64,000 nt of DNA from Octopus vulgaris (taxonomy: Eukaryota). Made by a program: the position numbers and the translations under genes. The DNA lies in contig OX597817.1 of the NCBI GenBank assembly GCA_951406725.2, positions 310,001 through 374,000 of the forward strand. The letters are read 5' to 3'. The notes beneath the pieces are model-generated. The model saw only the letters and a list, made by a program, of their open reading frames with translations, did not search any database and was not told where the DNA came from. Shown in pieces: positions 25,701 to 39,603 of the stretch; positions within the stretch are counted from its first letter, which is position 1, and each line of letters begins with the position of its first letter.

Positions 25701-28230
25701 ATTCTGCAAGACTAGCCTGAGTTTAAGTACTCTATCGCACATCCTCACTACCTCTAAAACCTTATAATAATAATAATAATAATAATTGTGTACAGTGCTC
25801 AGGTGCACTACAACTCATCTAAAGTGTATATATAATCAGGTGTAGTTTCGGCGGATTTCGGAAAGCATGAGGGCCTTAAAGGATGCAGTGTCATGGCAGT
25901 CAACAACTGACGCAGGCAGTTTATTCCATGCTTCAGCAACTCTGAGCGTGAAAAAATGTTTCCGAAAGTCATGGGAGCTGTGTTGTTTTCTGACTTTGTA
26001 GGCATGTCCACGTGTGTTGGACACATGGAGATCAAAAAGGTGTTCAGTGTTGTTGTTGGTGAGGTGGTTGATAACTTTGTGGGTGTTTACCAAGTCCGTC
26101 GCCAGACGCCGGAGCTTCAGTGAATCCATGCCCAGGGAAACAAGGCGCTCAGAATATGGTAGGTGTCTGATGGAGGGTATGCATTTGGTTGCACGTCTCT
26201 GAACAGATTCCAGGAGGTCAATGTTCTGAGCAAGATAGGGGTTCCAAACTGATGATGCGAATTCCAAGTGTGGTCGTACCATAGCTGTATACAGTTTTAA
26301 ATAGATGGCTGGAGAGCGGCTAACAAAAGTCTTGCTGAGTGCTGCCAAGACACCTTCGGCCTTCTTGACAATTTTAGAGATATGCTTTGTCCAACGCAAA
26401 TCACTGCTGACAGTGATGCCTAGGTCACACTCGCAAGAGGATTTCTTGATATCAGTGTTGTGGAGGGAGTATGTGGACGCAGGGTTTTTTCGCCCAAAAT
26501 GCATGGTGGTACACTTGTCCACAGCCAGTTTCAGTTGCCAGTCTGTGATCCATTGCTGCATTGTGTCTAGGTCTGATTGCAGGAAAGAGTTGTAGACATC
26601 AGGATCAGTCCTCTTGATTTCAAGGTACAGCTTGATGTCGTCTGCATATTTCAATACTGTGGCATTCTTTAAATTGGCATCTATGTCATTAATGTATGCC
26701 ACAAACAAGAAGGGACCAAGGACAGATCCCTGTGGTACACCCGATGACATCTCATATGGTGTAGAGTGCTGTCCTAGAACTGTGACTACCTCCTTTCGGC
26801 TGAGGATGAAGGATTTCAACCAGTTAAAAAGGTCATCCCCCACACCCATTGCAGAGAGTTTCACCATAAGCCTTTTGTGTGGCACAGAGTTGAAAGCCTT
26901 AGCAAAGTCAAGGTAGACAACATCCACCCATGAGCCACTGTCAGTGATATGAGTAATGTCCTCAAGGAACTCGACAAGCTGGTCACTGCAGCTGGAGTTA
27001 GGGACAAATCCATATTGTGAGGGTCGGATGAGACTGTGAGAGCTCCAGAAGTTCCAGAGTGTTTCTCTGACACACGATTCCATCAGTTTTGCAATACAGC
27101 TAGTGAGACTGACTGGGCGATAGTTGACAGGTGATGTGCGGTTCTTCTTTTTTTGTTTACGTGGCACTGATGCTGCACATGCTGCCCATATTGAGTCCAG
27201 GATACTCTGGAGTATAGTATTCACATCTCCAGAGTTGTAGAATTCACGCCAGTTTGGGTGCTGTAGTTCAGTGTGGTACAGGTTCCAATCTGCTCTCTTC
27301 CAATCGAAGGAAGCAGATTGGAGATGGTTCAGGTTTTTGTTGCCCGCAAGAGCCAGATTGGAGATGATCATAGCATGATCAGAGTCACCTAGAGGTTCCT
27401 CCGTAGTGCAATTGATAACCGCTTCAGGAGTTGTGGTGAAGAGCAGGTCCAAGGTGTTGTCGCCTCTTGTTGGAGAGGTGACTACTTGTGACCAGTTTGA
27501 GTCCAGCACAAGCTCAACAAAATCGTTTGCACTCTGTGGCCAATGGAAGGTTTCCCAATCGATCTCAGGATGATTGAAATCGCCTGCAATAAACACATAA
27601 GTGGCTGTTTTCCTGGCAGCAGCTCGGAGGATATCGCAAAGCTGTGTGTCCTGATGGTAATTTGGGGGACGATAAACAACGCCAAGCAGGAGTGTTGACA
27701 TGGTCATACGTACGTCACAGAAAAAAACTTCTTCTTGTGATTCGTTCAAATCGGCACAAGGAATTACCAAAAAATTTGAACGAACGTAGACCATCACACC
27801 ACCACTGCCTGAAGATCAGCCATGTCTTCTGGCACCCCAATGGCAATGACTTCTTTTTTTGGCCTGGGATCTTCTGAAAGTCCGTGGCACATTGGAGGCA
27901 GACAGAGATGAGACATATCCTACATTCGACCCAGCGATTACGGAACTTCCACCCATTTCTCTGCAAGAAGTATGTCCACACCCCCTATTCCATCGCTATT
28001 ACCTTCCCAGAAGGGTTTATACCTATGTGCTTTGCCTGTGAGAACTCTGGCTGAAGCTCCTCTCCACCTTACCTCTTGTATGCAACATACATCAACACGT
28101 CACCATTGAAGCATCTCTACAATCTCACTTGACCTACCTTTCAATGTGCCTACATTTAGAATGCCAAGTCTGAAAACTGGGAAAGCGATATGGGAGGTAA
28201 CAGAGGAAGGAGAGATGTTATTCAGCACCT
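22705..28230 (-). mobile_element. degenerate near-full-length RTE LINE (APE + RT), interrupted by a CR1 insertion
   Basis: EN N-terminus VDVCCIQEVRW at ~28000-28150; SAYTPQ..GDFNGHV at 25560-25760; RT NYRRIKLL and LLYADE at 24030-24580; C-terminus and 3'UTR down to ~22705. Confidence 0.85.
25765..27797 (-). mobile_element. CR1-clade LINE, 5'-truncated, with a 653-aa open ORF2 fragment
   Basis: YRPP, GDFN, LDL and SDH (APE); NYRPVSLTS, YLDFAKAF, GVPQGSVLGP and YADD (RT); (ATT)n 3' tail at 25765-25786. Confidence 0.92.
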
Positions 28231-28839
28231 GAAATGAAGGACCCCGTGAATGTTTGGCAACAGGTGTCATAATACTTGTTTCTTGCTTTTAACCTACCGT
28301 CATTCAGAAATATTAGAGTTATTAAGGTTGTTACCTCTACTGGAGTGGGGGCTTATTAATATAAGCATTATGAGCGTAGTGGGAGAAGCATTACTGATGC
28401 TGCAGAAGAAAAAAAAAGAAAAGTGGGCTACTCTCTGGTTTAGTTAGTCCAAGGATAGGTGGAGAGAGAGGAGAGGGCAGTAAGATTACCAATAGAGGAG
28501 GAGGGCAATTGGATATCCAGTAAGCAAAAGATTTCTGGTGAGAGAAAGGGAAAGAGAAACAGAGAGAGAGAGATTTCCAGTATTGGCGGCAGGAGTGGGA
28601 AAAGGTGGGCGCAATCACCAACATGAGAGGTCATTTTGAGGGTTATAACAAATCATTTTAGAGAAAAGTACAGGATAAGTATATGCATGTATGTAGCCAA
28701 GAAACAAGGTTAGTCATGGCAGGATTAGAACAAACAAGAAATAATTATTTTAGGGAATAGGTGGGTTTGAATGAATGATGCAGTGTGCTGTGCCTCACAC
28801 TAAAGTCTATATATATATACACATATATATAAAACACTC

Positions 28840-31140
28840 TGTCTTCTATAACCCTAACAACAAAACTTATGACAAGACGAGTATCTACCCCACAGACTTA
28901 CCCTTAAAAAAAGGGTAGGTATCCCACCCCAAATTGACAGTGAAACAGAAGCAAAGATCTCCATAACTAGAAATAGACTCCGACATATCTTAGACTGATA
29001 CAAGTCCACTAAAAAAACATAGTGAGGAGGGGACCCACCAACTCAGTCCATCTGTTGACAAAGGCCTACAAAAACTGAAACAGTGAATTAGGAACAGAGA
29101 ACTAGTGTGCCTCCTTACTGACAAGTTTGGCAGACTGTCAATAGACAGCTCACAGAACTATCTCCAGACCATTGAACAACACATTAGTAGCATGAGAGAA
29201 GTTGCACCACAGGAACAGGAAAGAGTAGAAAAACTCCTCAATGCACATGGGAATGTGGGGCAATACTCCAATGAAAAGGACGGCACACTATACAGGTTAT
29301 GCAAAAACCACAAACCCTGTCGCAGGGCCCCCAACCAGACCAGTTTGCAGAGCGAACATCTCCAGCAACTATAGACTGTCCTACTTCCTCTCACAAGTAT
29401 TACGACCTCTCATAGAGATGTCTCCTTATGTCTGTGTGAGCACGGAAGATCTCCTCAGTAAAATCAGTACTTGCAACCACTACAATGATCTCACAGGTTG
29501 TGTAATGGGTAGCATGGATGTGATTTCACTCTACCCATCTGTAGACATAGATTTTCTGTGTGGAAATGCATTCAGGTAATCTGTGAGAGTGAAGTGGAGT
29601 TATGTAAAGTCAACACGAGGGAACTGGGCCTCCTCCTCAGACTAAGCTATGACAGTAACTATTTAGATGACCATGTCCTTAGTAGATTCTGCCCCACCAG
29701 GTCACAGAGGGGAAGACCACCCACTATCACTTCAGCAGTGAAGAAAAGCACCACAAAGCACTAGAGTGGCTGAACCGCACCCACCCAAAACCCTGAGAAC
29801 AACAATCAGGTGAAAGAAATGATTGCACATGCAATAGGGGCCAGTGTAAAAACCACCTTGAAGAGCCACATAGTAAAGTTTAACAAAAAACTATACATGC
29901 AGGTTTAAGGTGCAGCCATCGGTGTCGGTGTAGCTGGAGATGTGGCTGGCCTCTTCATGACATGGTGGGACAGAAAACTTAAGCAAATATTAGCAGAACA
30001 GTCCACAATTCTTCTACTCTACAGTAGATATGAAGATGACATTAATATAATAGTTAGGACCAACTCTAGTGACGGTAATGTAGAGACTGAGAAGAACGTA
30101 ATGGAGAGCATCCAGCCAATAGCTAACTCCATCCAACCAAAGTGTCAAGGTAACTATAGATTACCCCACAAAGCACCCTAACAATAGACTCCCTGTACTT
30201 GATACTGAACTTTGGTTAAAGACTGTGAATAATAGACTGCAGCTCCTCCACTCCTATTACATGAAACCCATAGCTTCAAAATATGTTATTCACAAAATCT
30301 CAGCTTTGTCAAACAACATGAAAATTAATATCCTGATAGCAGACTTAGTTAGAATAATGAACAATGTGTCCCCACTATGTGAACCCTATGAAACGTAAAA
30401 CCATATACAGAACTTCATGCACCGCATGCAGTTCTCTGGATATGATCAGAAAGATAGGGATCGAGTATACAGGGGGGGGGGGGCTAGAAAGAAATTAGAT
30501 AACATTATATGTAATGATACCAGTGGTACCTGGCCTAGATATAGAAACAAAGAATGGAATAGGATACAAAGAAATTGTGACAAAGCAAACAGAGCAAACA
30601 TGTGGTATAAAACCGACAAATATCAAGGAGTGATGTTTGTAGAGGCCACAGCCTATGGAGAAGTAGCCTGTAGAGTTAGAAAAGCTCTGAAGGAGACCAA
30701 ACTCAACATTAAGATTGTTGGAAAGCCAGGGAAGTCCATCAGGTCACAACTATGTAGGATGTACCTCTTTGAGAATACCACATGCACCAATGGTAACTGC
30801 ATGGTATGTAGGATTAGCCCTGGCATTAGCTGTAGAACTCAAAATGTAGTTTACAGCATAAAATGCATGGAAGGTGCTTGTAAAGACATGAACATGACAT
30901 ATATAGGGGAGACATCTAGGAACATTGCAGAAAGACTAAATGAACATTTGAGACAGTATGACAACAAAAACAGTCCTCCATACTCTACCAACATGCCAAA
31001 GACCAACATGGATGCAACTTGGGTCAACTTGACATCCGCATCTTATCCAAGCACCCAAAAGACCCAATATTCAGACAAATACGGGAGTATGACCTCATAA
31101 ATGAAACTTCCCCAACACTAAATAGGGAATATGCATAGTA
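28840..31140 (+). mobile_element. degenerate Penelope-like element (RT + GIY-YIG)
   Basis: SMDVISLYPS, GAAIG..AGDVA, YSRYEDD, VVYSIKC..YIGETSR..RLNEH. Confidence 0.88.
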
Positions 31141-31261
31141 GATATCATACCCCTATACTCACAGTTTACACAGATAGAGTAGAATAGTTAGTGGGCTGTT
31201 ATGTAGATAAATGTATGTATGAGCGGGTGGATATAGTAATAATAATATATAATAATAATAA

Positions 31262-31298
<37 letters not shown>

Positions 31299-31702
31299 GA
31301 GCAAATATAAAGATCTTGAAATAGAAATCAGCAAAATGTGGAAGCTGAAGACTAAAACAATACCTGTTGTCATAGGTGCCCTGGGAATGATAGCAAAAGG
31401 GGCTGATAGCTACCTAACTCAGATACCAGGAAACCCCAAAATGGCAGAAATTCAAAAGATATTGCTCATGGGAACTGCTCATATCCTACGCAAAATACTC
31501 TCTATGTAATCCCAAGGTTTAAAACAAACTTTTTTTTTTATATTTTGTTTTTATGTATTAGACATTCACTAGTACAACACCAAAAAAAAAAACAAAAAAA
31601 AAAACAAATATATGGCACAGAACTTCCAACCTGTTGTCTCTTGAGGTCTCTGGGTGAGACTTGGAGCCAACTTGTACAGACATAAAGCAAAAGTCAAACA
31701 TA

Positions 31703-31703
<1 letters not shown>
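31299..31703 (+). mobile_element. R4/Dong-like element family A, 3' fragment, in (TAA)n
   Basis: KYKDLEIEI..IPVVIGALG RLE C-terminus; 3' end aagtcaaacatag(aat)n. Confidence 0.85.
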
Positions 31704-31736
<33 letters not shown>

Positions 31737-31747
31737 TATTATTATTA

Positions 31748-34699
31748 TACCTCCCAAGAATCAAAATAGACGAAACAACAACACCAATTATAAACAGCAT
31801 AAACCTAGCCGTCACGGAACTAATAGCCACTGAAACAAAAAGCGATATCACTAAGCTAAATGACTTAATATACGCAGCAGCCACTGCAGCCACAAAAGAA
31901 GCTGGATACTCATTCAAACCCGTCCAAACAGGAGTACCACCACCCAAACAAACCCTGTGGATAAATAACATCCAAAACAAAATACAAAAAACAAGAAAAG
32001 ATCTGTCGATTCTTAATGAAATCAGCAAACAATCAACGCTACTGAGCAACAAAAAAAACTAAAATACTCCGCAAATATAACATCACAGAGAAAGATTTGC
32101 CTGAAATAAAAGAAAAGCTGAAGCAAGATATCCTTGCCAAAGCACAAAGGATCCGCCGGTACGAGAAACGCCAACGCTTCTTTGAACAAAACAAAAAGTT
32201 CAACTCCAACCCCAAAAGTTCTACCAAGATCTTGGCAAAAATAAAATAGAAGTCACTGCAGCACCAACGGCAGAAGAATTGGAAGAATTCTGGAGAGAAA
32301 TATGGTTGGCGAACGAACAACCAAAAAAAAGGAGTATCAAAATAACAAACTCGGCATCTGAACAACTTTGGACCCCCATAACAACTGAAGAGGTCACCCA
32401 GGCACTGCAAAGACTAAGCAACTGGAAGGCACCTGGGCATGACAAGATCCCCAACTTCTGGTTGAAATATCTAACAGGAATGCACAAAAAGCTGGCTGAA
32501 AACTTTAACAACATACTAGCAGAGCCAGAGACAATGCCTGAATGGCTCACGAAGGGGAAAACCATCTTAATTCCCAAATCAAATGAGACAGCAAAACCAG
32601 AAAACTACAGACCAATAACCTGCCTCCCTACAATGTTCAAGGCATTTACTGCAGTGATATCGCAAAGGTTGAACAAGCACCTGGACGAAAACAAACTGTT
32701 CCCAGAAGAGCAGAAAGGATGCCGCAAAGGCTCATATGGCTGTAAAGAAGATCAACTAATGATTAATAAAGCCATTACTGAAGACAGCCACAGAAAGAAA
32801 AAGGCCTCAGTATGGCCTGGATTGACTACAAAAAGGCGTTTCATAGCATCCCCCACACATGGATCCTCGAAACACTAGCCATTAACATAGTAGCACCAAC
32901 AATCATAAAATTCATAGAGCACTCTATGAATAAATGGCAAACAGTCCTACACCTCCAAACAAAGGAGGGACTCGTGAAAACCACTCCTTTTCTGCTTAGC
33001 ACTGTCACCTCTATCTGATATACTAAATAGAACTGGATGCGGATATAAATGTTACGGCAAAACGATCAGCCACCTTTTATATATGGATGACCTAAAACTA
33101 TACGCTGCAAATGACAAACAGCTGGAAACACTATTAAAGACAGTTCATGGATTTACCTAAGAAATAGATATGAAATTTGGATTAGAAAAATGCGCCAAAG
33201 TAACCATGAAAAGAGGAAAACTAGTTAAGAGTAGCAACATCACACTAGATAAAAAAAATGAAATAAAAGAATTAGACCAAAGCCAAACTTGCAAATACTT
33301 AGGAATCCATGAACTAGATAAGACACAACACACACAAATGAAAGAGAAAATAAAAAAAGAATATTATAGACGAGTTAGATCAATGCTAAAAACAGAGCTC
33401 AATGCTAAAAACAAGATAATAGGTATTAACACTTTAGCTGTCCCAGTTATAAGTTACAGCTACAATATCCTTGTAGGAAAACAAGAAAAATAATGACAGG
33501 GTCTAGGATGCATCACCCAAAATCTGACATAGAAAGACTATATATACAACGTATAGAAGGTGGTAGAGGCCTTATACAGCTGGAAAACTACTATAAAATA
33601 ACCACCATAGCACTGCAAAAATATCTACTTCAGAAGGAAGGAAAACTGATACAAATAGCGGCAAAACACGAGCAAAACAAAAAACTGTTCTCAGTATTTA
33701 AGGAAGCTGATAAATACAAACAAGAAATCATACCACCTAATAAATATGAAGAACAAGAAGAAAAAGATGAAGAAACAACAAAAGCTATAAAACAAATGAA
33801 ATCCAAACTAAAACTAGAACAGTAACGAACCATGATAAAACGATGGCAAGAAAAGCCCCTTCATGGTAAATACTGGACTAAACGCAAAAGAAATAGACAA
33901 AGAAAAATCCCAGCAATGGTTGAGAAGCTCAGGACTCAAAGCAGAGACAGAGGGATTTTTAATTGCAGCACAAGACCAAAGCCTCCCCACCAGAAATTAC
34001 CAAAAACATGTAATGAAAAGAAATATTACAAGTAACTGCAGAATATGTGGAGATGGACAAGAAACAATAAATCATATTATCTCTGGCTGCCCAGTCCTGG
34101 CTAAGAAGGAATATATTCACAGACATGACAGAGTTGGAACCTACATACACTGGAAGCTATGCCAACATTATGGAATAACAACAGAAAAAAGATGGTATAG
34201 GCACACACCAGAAAAGGTCACAGAAAACGAAAAAGCAACCATACTCTGGGATATGCCGATACACACAGATAGAGAAATTAAGGCCAACTGACCAGATATA
34301 GTTGTCAGAGATCATGAAAAAAAAATGCTTTCTAATTGATGTATCAATACCGGCAGATGACAACGTGTCTCTAAAAGAAATGGAGAAACTCTCAAAATAC
34401 AAAGACCTGGAAATAGTGGTAGCTAGAATGTGGAATCTGAAAACAGAAACAATTCCTATCATAGTAGGTGCATTTAGGCATGATAAAAAAATATTCAGAC
34501 AAATATATAACAAAAACACCAGGACTTACAAACACATATAACATACAGAAAATTGCACTACTAGGCACTGCACACATCCTACGCAGAACACTTTCCATAC
34601 AATAACCATCAGAGCATCACAACAAATCACATCACATACCCAAGGTACACAGAGCTGCGCTCGGTAGTGAAGTGAAAGCACGCTATAAAAATAAAACTA

Positions 34700-34702
<3 letters not shown>
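31748..34702 (+). mobile_element. R4/Dong-like element family B (RT, CCHC, RLE), 5'-truncated
   Basis: WKAPGHD, YRPITCL, EQKGC, WIDYKKAF, YMDDLKLY, CRIC..ETINHIISGC, RHD, PDIVV..LIDVSIP..K..KY; flanked by (AAT)n. Confidence 0.92.
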
Positions 34703-34730
<28 letters not shown>

Positions 34731-34731
<1 letters not shown>

Positions 34732-36248
34732 GAGGAAAACTAGTTAAGAGTAGCAACATCACACTAGATAAAACCAATGAAATAAAAGAATTAGACCAAA
34801 GCCAAACTTACAAATACTTAGGAATCCATGAACTAGATAAGACACAACACACACAAATGAAAGAGAAAATAAAAAAAGAATATTATAGACAAGTTAGATC
34901 AATACTAAAAACAGAGCTCAATGCTAAAAACAAGATAATAGGTATTAACACTTTAGCTGTCCCAGTTATAAGTTACAGCTACAATATCCTTAACTGGACA
35001 CTAAATGAACTGACCAAAATAGATAGGAAAACAAAAAAAATAATGACAGGGTCTAGGATGCATCACCCAAAATCTGACATAGAAAGACTATATATACAAT
35101 GTATAGAAGGTGGTAGAGGCCTTATACAGCTGGAAAACTACTATAAAATAACCACCATAGCACTGCAAAAATATCTATTTCAGGAGGAAGGAAAACTGAT
35201 ACAAATAGCGGCAAAACACGAGCAAAACAAAAAACTGTTCTCGGTATTTAAGGAAGCTGACAAATACAAACAAGAAATCATACCACCTAACAAATATAAA
35301 GAAGAAGAACAAGAAGAAGATGAAGAAACAACAAAAGCTATAAAACAAATGAAATCCAAACTAAAACTAGAACAGCAAAGAACCATGATAAAACGATGGC
35401 AAGAAAAACCCCTTCACGGTAAATACTGCACTAAACTAAATGCAAAAGAAATAGACAAAGAAAAATCCCAGCAATGGTTGAGAAGCTCAGGACTCAAAGC
35501 AGAGACAGAGGGATTTTTAATTGCAGCACAAGACCAAAGCCTCCCCACCAGAAATTACCAAAAACATGTAATGAAAAGAAATATTACAAGTAACTGCAGA
35601 ATATGTGGAGATGGACAAGAAACAATAAATCATATTATCTCTGGCTGCCCAGTCCTGGCTAAGAAGGAATATATTCACAGACATGACAGAGTTGGAACCT
35701 ACATACACTGGAAGCTATGCCAACATTATGGAATAACAACAGAAAAAAGATGGTATAGGCACACACCAGAAAAGGTCACAGAAAACGAAAAAGCAACCAT
35801 ACTTTGGGATATGCCGATACACACAGATAGAGAAATTAAGGCCAACAGACCAGATATAGTTGTCAGAGATCATGAAGAAAAAAATGCTTTCTAATTGATG
35901 TATCAATACCGGCAGATGACAACGTGTCTCTAAAAGAAATGGAGAAACTTTCAAAATACAAAGACCTGGAAATGGAGGTAACCAGAATGTGGAATCTAAA
36001 AACAGAAACAATTCCTATCATAGTAGGTGCTTTAGGCATGATAAAAAAATATTCAGACTAATATATAACAAAAACACCAGGACTTACAAACACATATAAC
36101 ATACAGAAAATTGCACTACTAGGCACTGCACACATCCTACGCAGAACACTTTCCATACAATAACCATCAGAGCATCACAACAAATCACAGCACATAGAGC
36201 TGCGCTCGGTAGTGAAGTGAAAGCACACTATAAAAAATAAAACTACTG
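34731..36248 (+). mobile_element. R4/Dong-like element family B, second copy
   Basis: Near-identical to 33211-34702; ORF 34857-35894; flanked by (AAT)n. Confidence 0.92.
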
Positions 36249-36270
36249 AATAATAATAATAATAATAATA

Positions 36271-37572
36271 ATGCACAGAATGCACCACCCTAAGGCAGAT
36301 ACAGAACGACTTTATCTGCCAAGAAAAGAGGGAGGCCGTGGTCTTTTACAACTGGCAATAACAATGAAGATTGCTACAATTGGCCTAGACACCTACCTGA
36401 AAAAGTCTGAGGACTGGATGTTAATACTTGTCTCAAAACATGAAAACAAGAAAGCATCATACTCAGTAACAAAACAGGCAAAGGAATATCTAAGTGAATT
36501 CCGAATACAACAAATTTCGGAATTAGAGATAGACATACAAGAAACAAGCACAGAAAAAGCTAGGCGCATGAAAACCCGTGCCAAAACTGCGGCCTTAGAT
36601 ATTCTGAATAATAAATGGCAAGAAAAACCTCTCTATGGCAAATACCCCAAGAGAGCGAATAATGCAGATATTGACAAAGCCTTGACCCATCAATGGCTAA
36701 TGGCCTCTGGCTAAAAATCTGAAACAGAAGGGTTTATCATAGCAGCTCAAGATCAATGCCTACCAACAAGAAACTGCCAAGCCAACATATTAAAGAACGG
36801 CAGTAGCCCAACATGTCGTATATGCCGACAACAAAATGAAACCATTGATCATGTTGTCTCCAAATGCAGTCTTCTAGCGCCTACAGAGTACCCCAAAAGG
36901 CATGATAGAGCTGCACAATATATTCACTGGGTAATTTGCAAAAACCTGGATTTGCCCCATGAAAAAAACTGGTGGGAACACAATCCACCTCCAGTGCTTG
37001 AAAATGACCACATCTCACTCCTCTGGAACTTCACCATTCAATCTGACAGAAAGATAGATGCAAATAGGCCAGACATCATATTGAAAGACTTCAGACAAAG
37101 AACATGCCTCCTCATTGATATGACTGTCCCAATCGATATAAACGAATCTGTCAAGACCTACCAGAAACTGAACAAATATAAAGATCTTGAAATAGAAATC
37201 AGCAAAATGTGGAAGCTGAAGACTAAAACAATACCTGTTGTCATAGGTGCCCTGGGAATGATAGCGAAAGGGGCTGATTGCTACCTAACTCAGATACCAG
37301 GAAACCCCAAAATGGCAGAAATTCAAAAGATAGTGCTCATGGGAACTGCTCATATCCTATGCAAAATACTTTCTATGTAATCTCAAGGTTTAAAACAAAC
37401 ATAATTATGGTTTTTTTTTTTTTAGACATTCACTAGTACAACACAAAAAAAACCCCAAATATATGGCACACTAGGCTTAACAACAACGTGAACTTCCAAC
37501 CTGTTGTCTCTTGAGGTCTCTGGGTGAGACTTGGAGCCAACTTGTGCAGACATAAAGCAAAAGTCAAACATA

Positions 37573-37573
<1 letters not shown>
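36271..37573 (+). mobile_element. R4/Dong-like element family A, longer copy
   Basis: RLYLPRKEGGRGL, CRIC..ETIDHVVSKC, NRPDII..LIDMTVP..KYKDL; same 3'UTR as 31299-31703. Confidence 0.92.
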
Positions 37574-37609
<36 letters not shown>

Positions 37610-37610
<1 letters not shown>

Positions 37611-38170
37611 TTATCAGTAAATGCCCTGATGCAGTACCAGGTTCTCATGGCTTCTGATCTTAACTGATTGGAAGTGTTATCGTGTACATTGATTTGTCTT
37701 GGTGTAAAAGATGGGCTACAGCAAATATTCTGCTCAGTACCACAGATTTGCTTGTCAGTTGTTTGACCTTAACCAGTTGAGCATGTCCCTTAGTGGCTGA
37801 CGATAAGTGCATCTCTGATCACGAGCAGAAGTAGTGGGGGAGCATCATAGCCATGTGTTGAGAAGGATTCTTTGGGGTTTGAAAAATTCACCTCTGGAAA
37901 CATGGGTATTTCGTTCAACGTCCTTAAACAACCCTTATTCAGGGACCTTTTGAGTGGGATGGGTTACTCAAACTGAAGAAAATTCTAACTGGGCTCCACC
38001 TGCAAGGTCATGTGCTGTTTATCTTGATATGAGATCACCATATCGCGCACATATGGTTGTGATGCATGTGCCTGGTGTACCCTTATCAGACGGGTAGTCA
38101 TGATGGGTATATTGGGCTTCGTATATTTTACCCCAGTGTCACTTTGATGGCATGCTCTGCTCGCTCACTC
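37610..38170 (+). mobile_element. third element in the (TAA)n array (probable R4-type 3'UTR or non-autonomous derivative)
   Basis: Non-coding ~560 bp bounded by (AAT)n on both sides, ending cactc(aat)n like the other members. Confidence 0.55.
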
Positions 38171-38246
38171 AATAATAATAATAATAATAATAATAATCAG
38201 ACAAAGAACATGCCTCCTCATTGATATGATTGTCCCAATCGATATA

Positions 38247-38605
38247 AACCCTAACCCTAACCCTAACCCCATCCCCCTAACCCTAACCCTAACCCTAACA
38301 CTAACCCTCTAACCCTAACCCTAACCCCATCCCTCTAACCCTAACCTTCTAACCCTAACCTTAACCCTAACCCCCTAACCATAACCCTCTAACCCTAACC
38401 CTAACCCTAATTTTAACCCTAACACTAACCCTAACCCTAACCCTAAACCTAACCCTAACCCTCTAACCCTAACCCTACCCCAAACCCTAACCCTAACCCT
38501 ACACCTAATTCTAACCCTACACCTAACCTTAACCCTAAATTAACCCTAGCCCTAGCCCTAATTCTAATCCTAACCCAAACCTTTACCCTAACCCTAACCC
38601 TAACC
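38247..38605 (-). repeat. degenerate telomeric-type (CCCTAA)n tract (TTAGGG on the minus strand), interstitial in this window
   Basis: ~360 bp of ccctaa with variants ccctctaa, ccttaa, cactaa and ccctag. Confidence 0.92.
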
Positions 38606-39316
38606 AACTATCTTTAAAAATAACATTGTATAATATAGTTCTGAATATATAATGTCTGAATAAAAGACGTGGTTTCAATACCTTGAATGAAAGGTCTTCG
38701 TGGTGAGAGATGAAGCTAAACAAGAGAAACTGAATCTGAGAAAACAAAATAAACAAAATTTGTCAATCTGTACAATAATTTATGAATGGTTTCCCCCTCC
38801 AAATACTTTTCTTTGCCATAGAATCTGTTATAAATAACTCGCGTCTCTTAGTTGTTGGACCGCTTATGTATTTGTGTCAGGACATTGTTTCTTAACCATT
38901 TTTTACATACTGCAACTGGTTAAATCAAGTTGCCCATTGGTATTTAGATATCAATGCCCATAATAGCTCAGTGACTAATACAGTTTTTTTTAAACATCAT
39001 AAATGCTTAGCTGTGACAAATTGTTCTTCCTATTCTATATATCAATACAAACATTAGGTTTGTAACCAATACTATGTACGTGTATACATACATACATACA
39101 TACATACATACATAAATGTTTGTGTGTGTGTGTGTGTGTGTGTATGTGAGTGTATTGTATGTAGTGATTGATGATTTAAAGTTTATTTCGCAGTATTTTG
39201 ACATAGAAAATTTTTTTTGCCTTAATTTATAATTGTTTATAATTTTCACCTTAAAAGGTATTTTAATATGCTGGGCGCTTGAAATATTTTTGAAAGAATT
39301 TTATCCTATATTAGAA

Positions 39317-39372
<56 letters not shown>

Positions 39373-39603
39373 TTGTGTGTTTGTGTTTGTCCCCCTAGCA
39401 TTGCTTGACAACCGATGCTGATGTGTTTACGTCCCCGTAACTTAGCGGTTCAGCAAAAGAGACCGATAGAATAAGTACTGGGCTTACAAAGAATAAGTCC
39501 CAGGGTTGATTTGCTCAACTAAAGGCGATGCTCCAGCATGGCCACAGTCAAATGACTGAAACAAGTAAAAGAGTAAAAGAGAGAATATATATATATATAT
39601 ATA

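Noticed and set aside
31235-38249. CRISPR-like repeat-spacer organisation
   Set aside because: Eukaryotic DNA; the repeats are microsatellites and the spacers are kb-scale retroelements.
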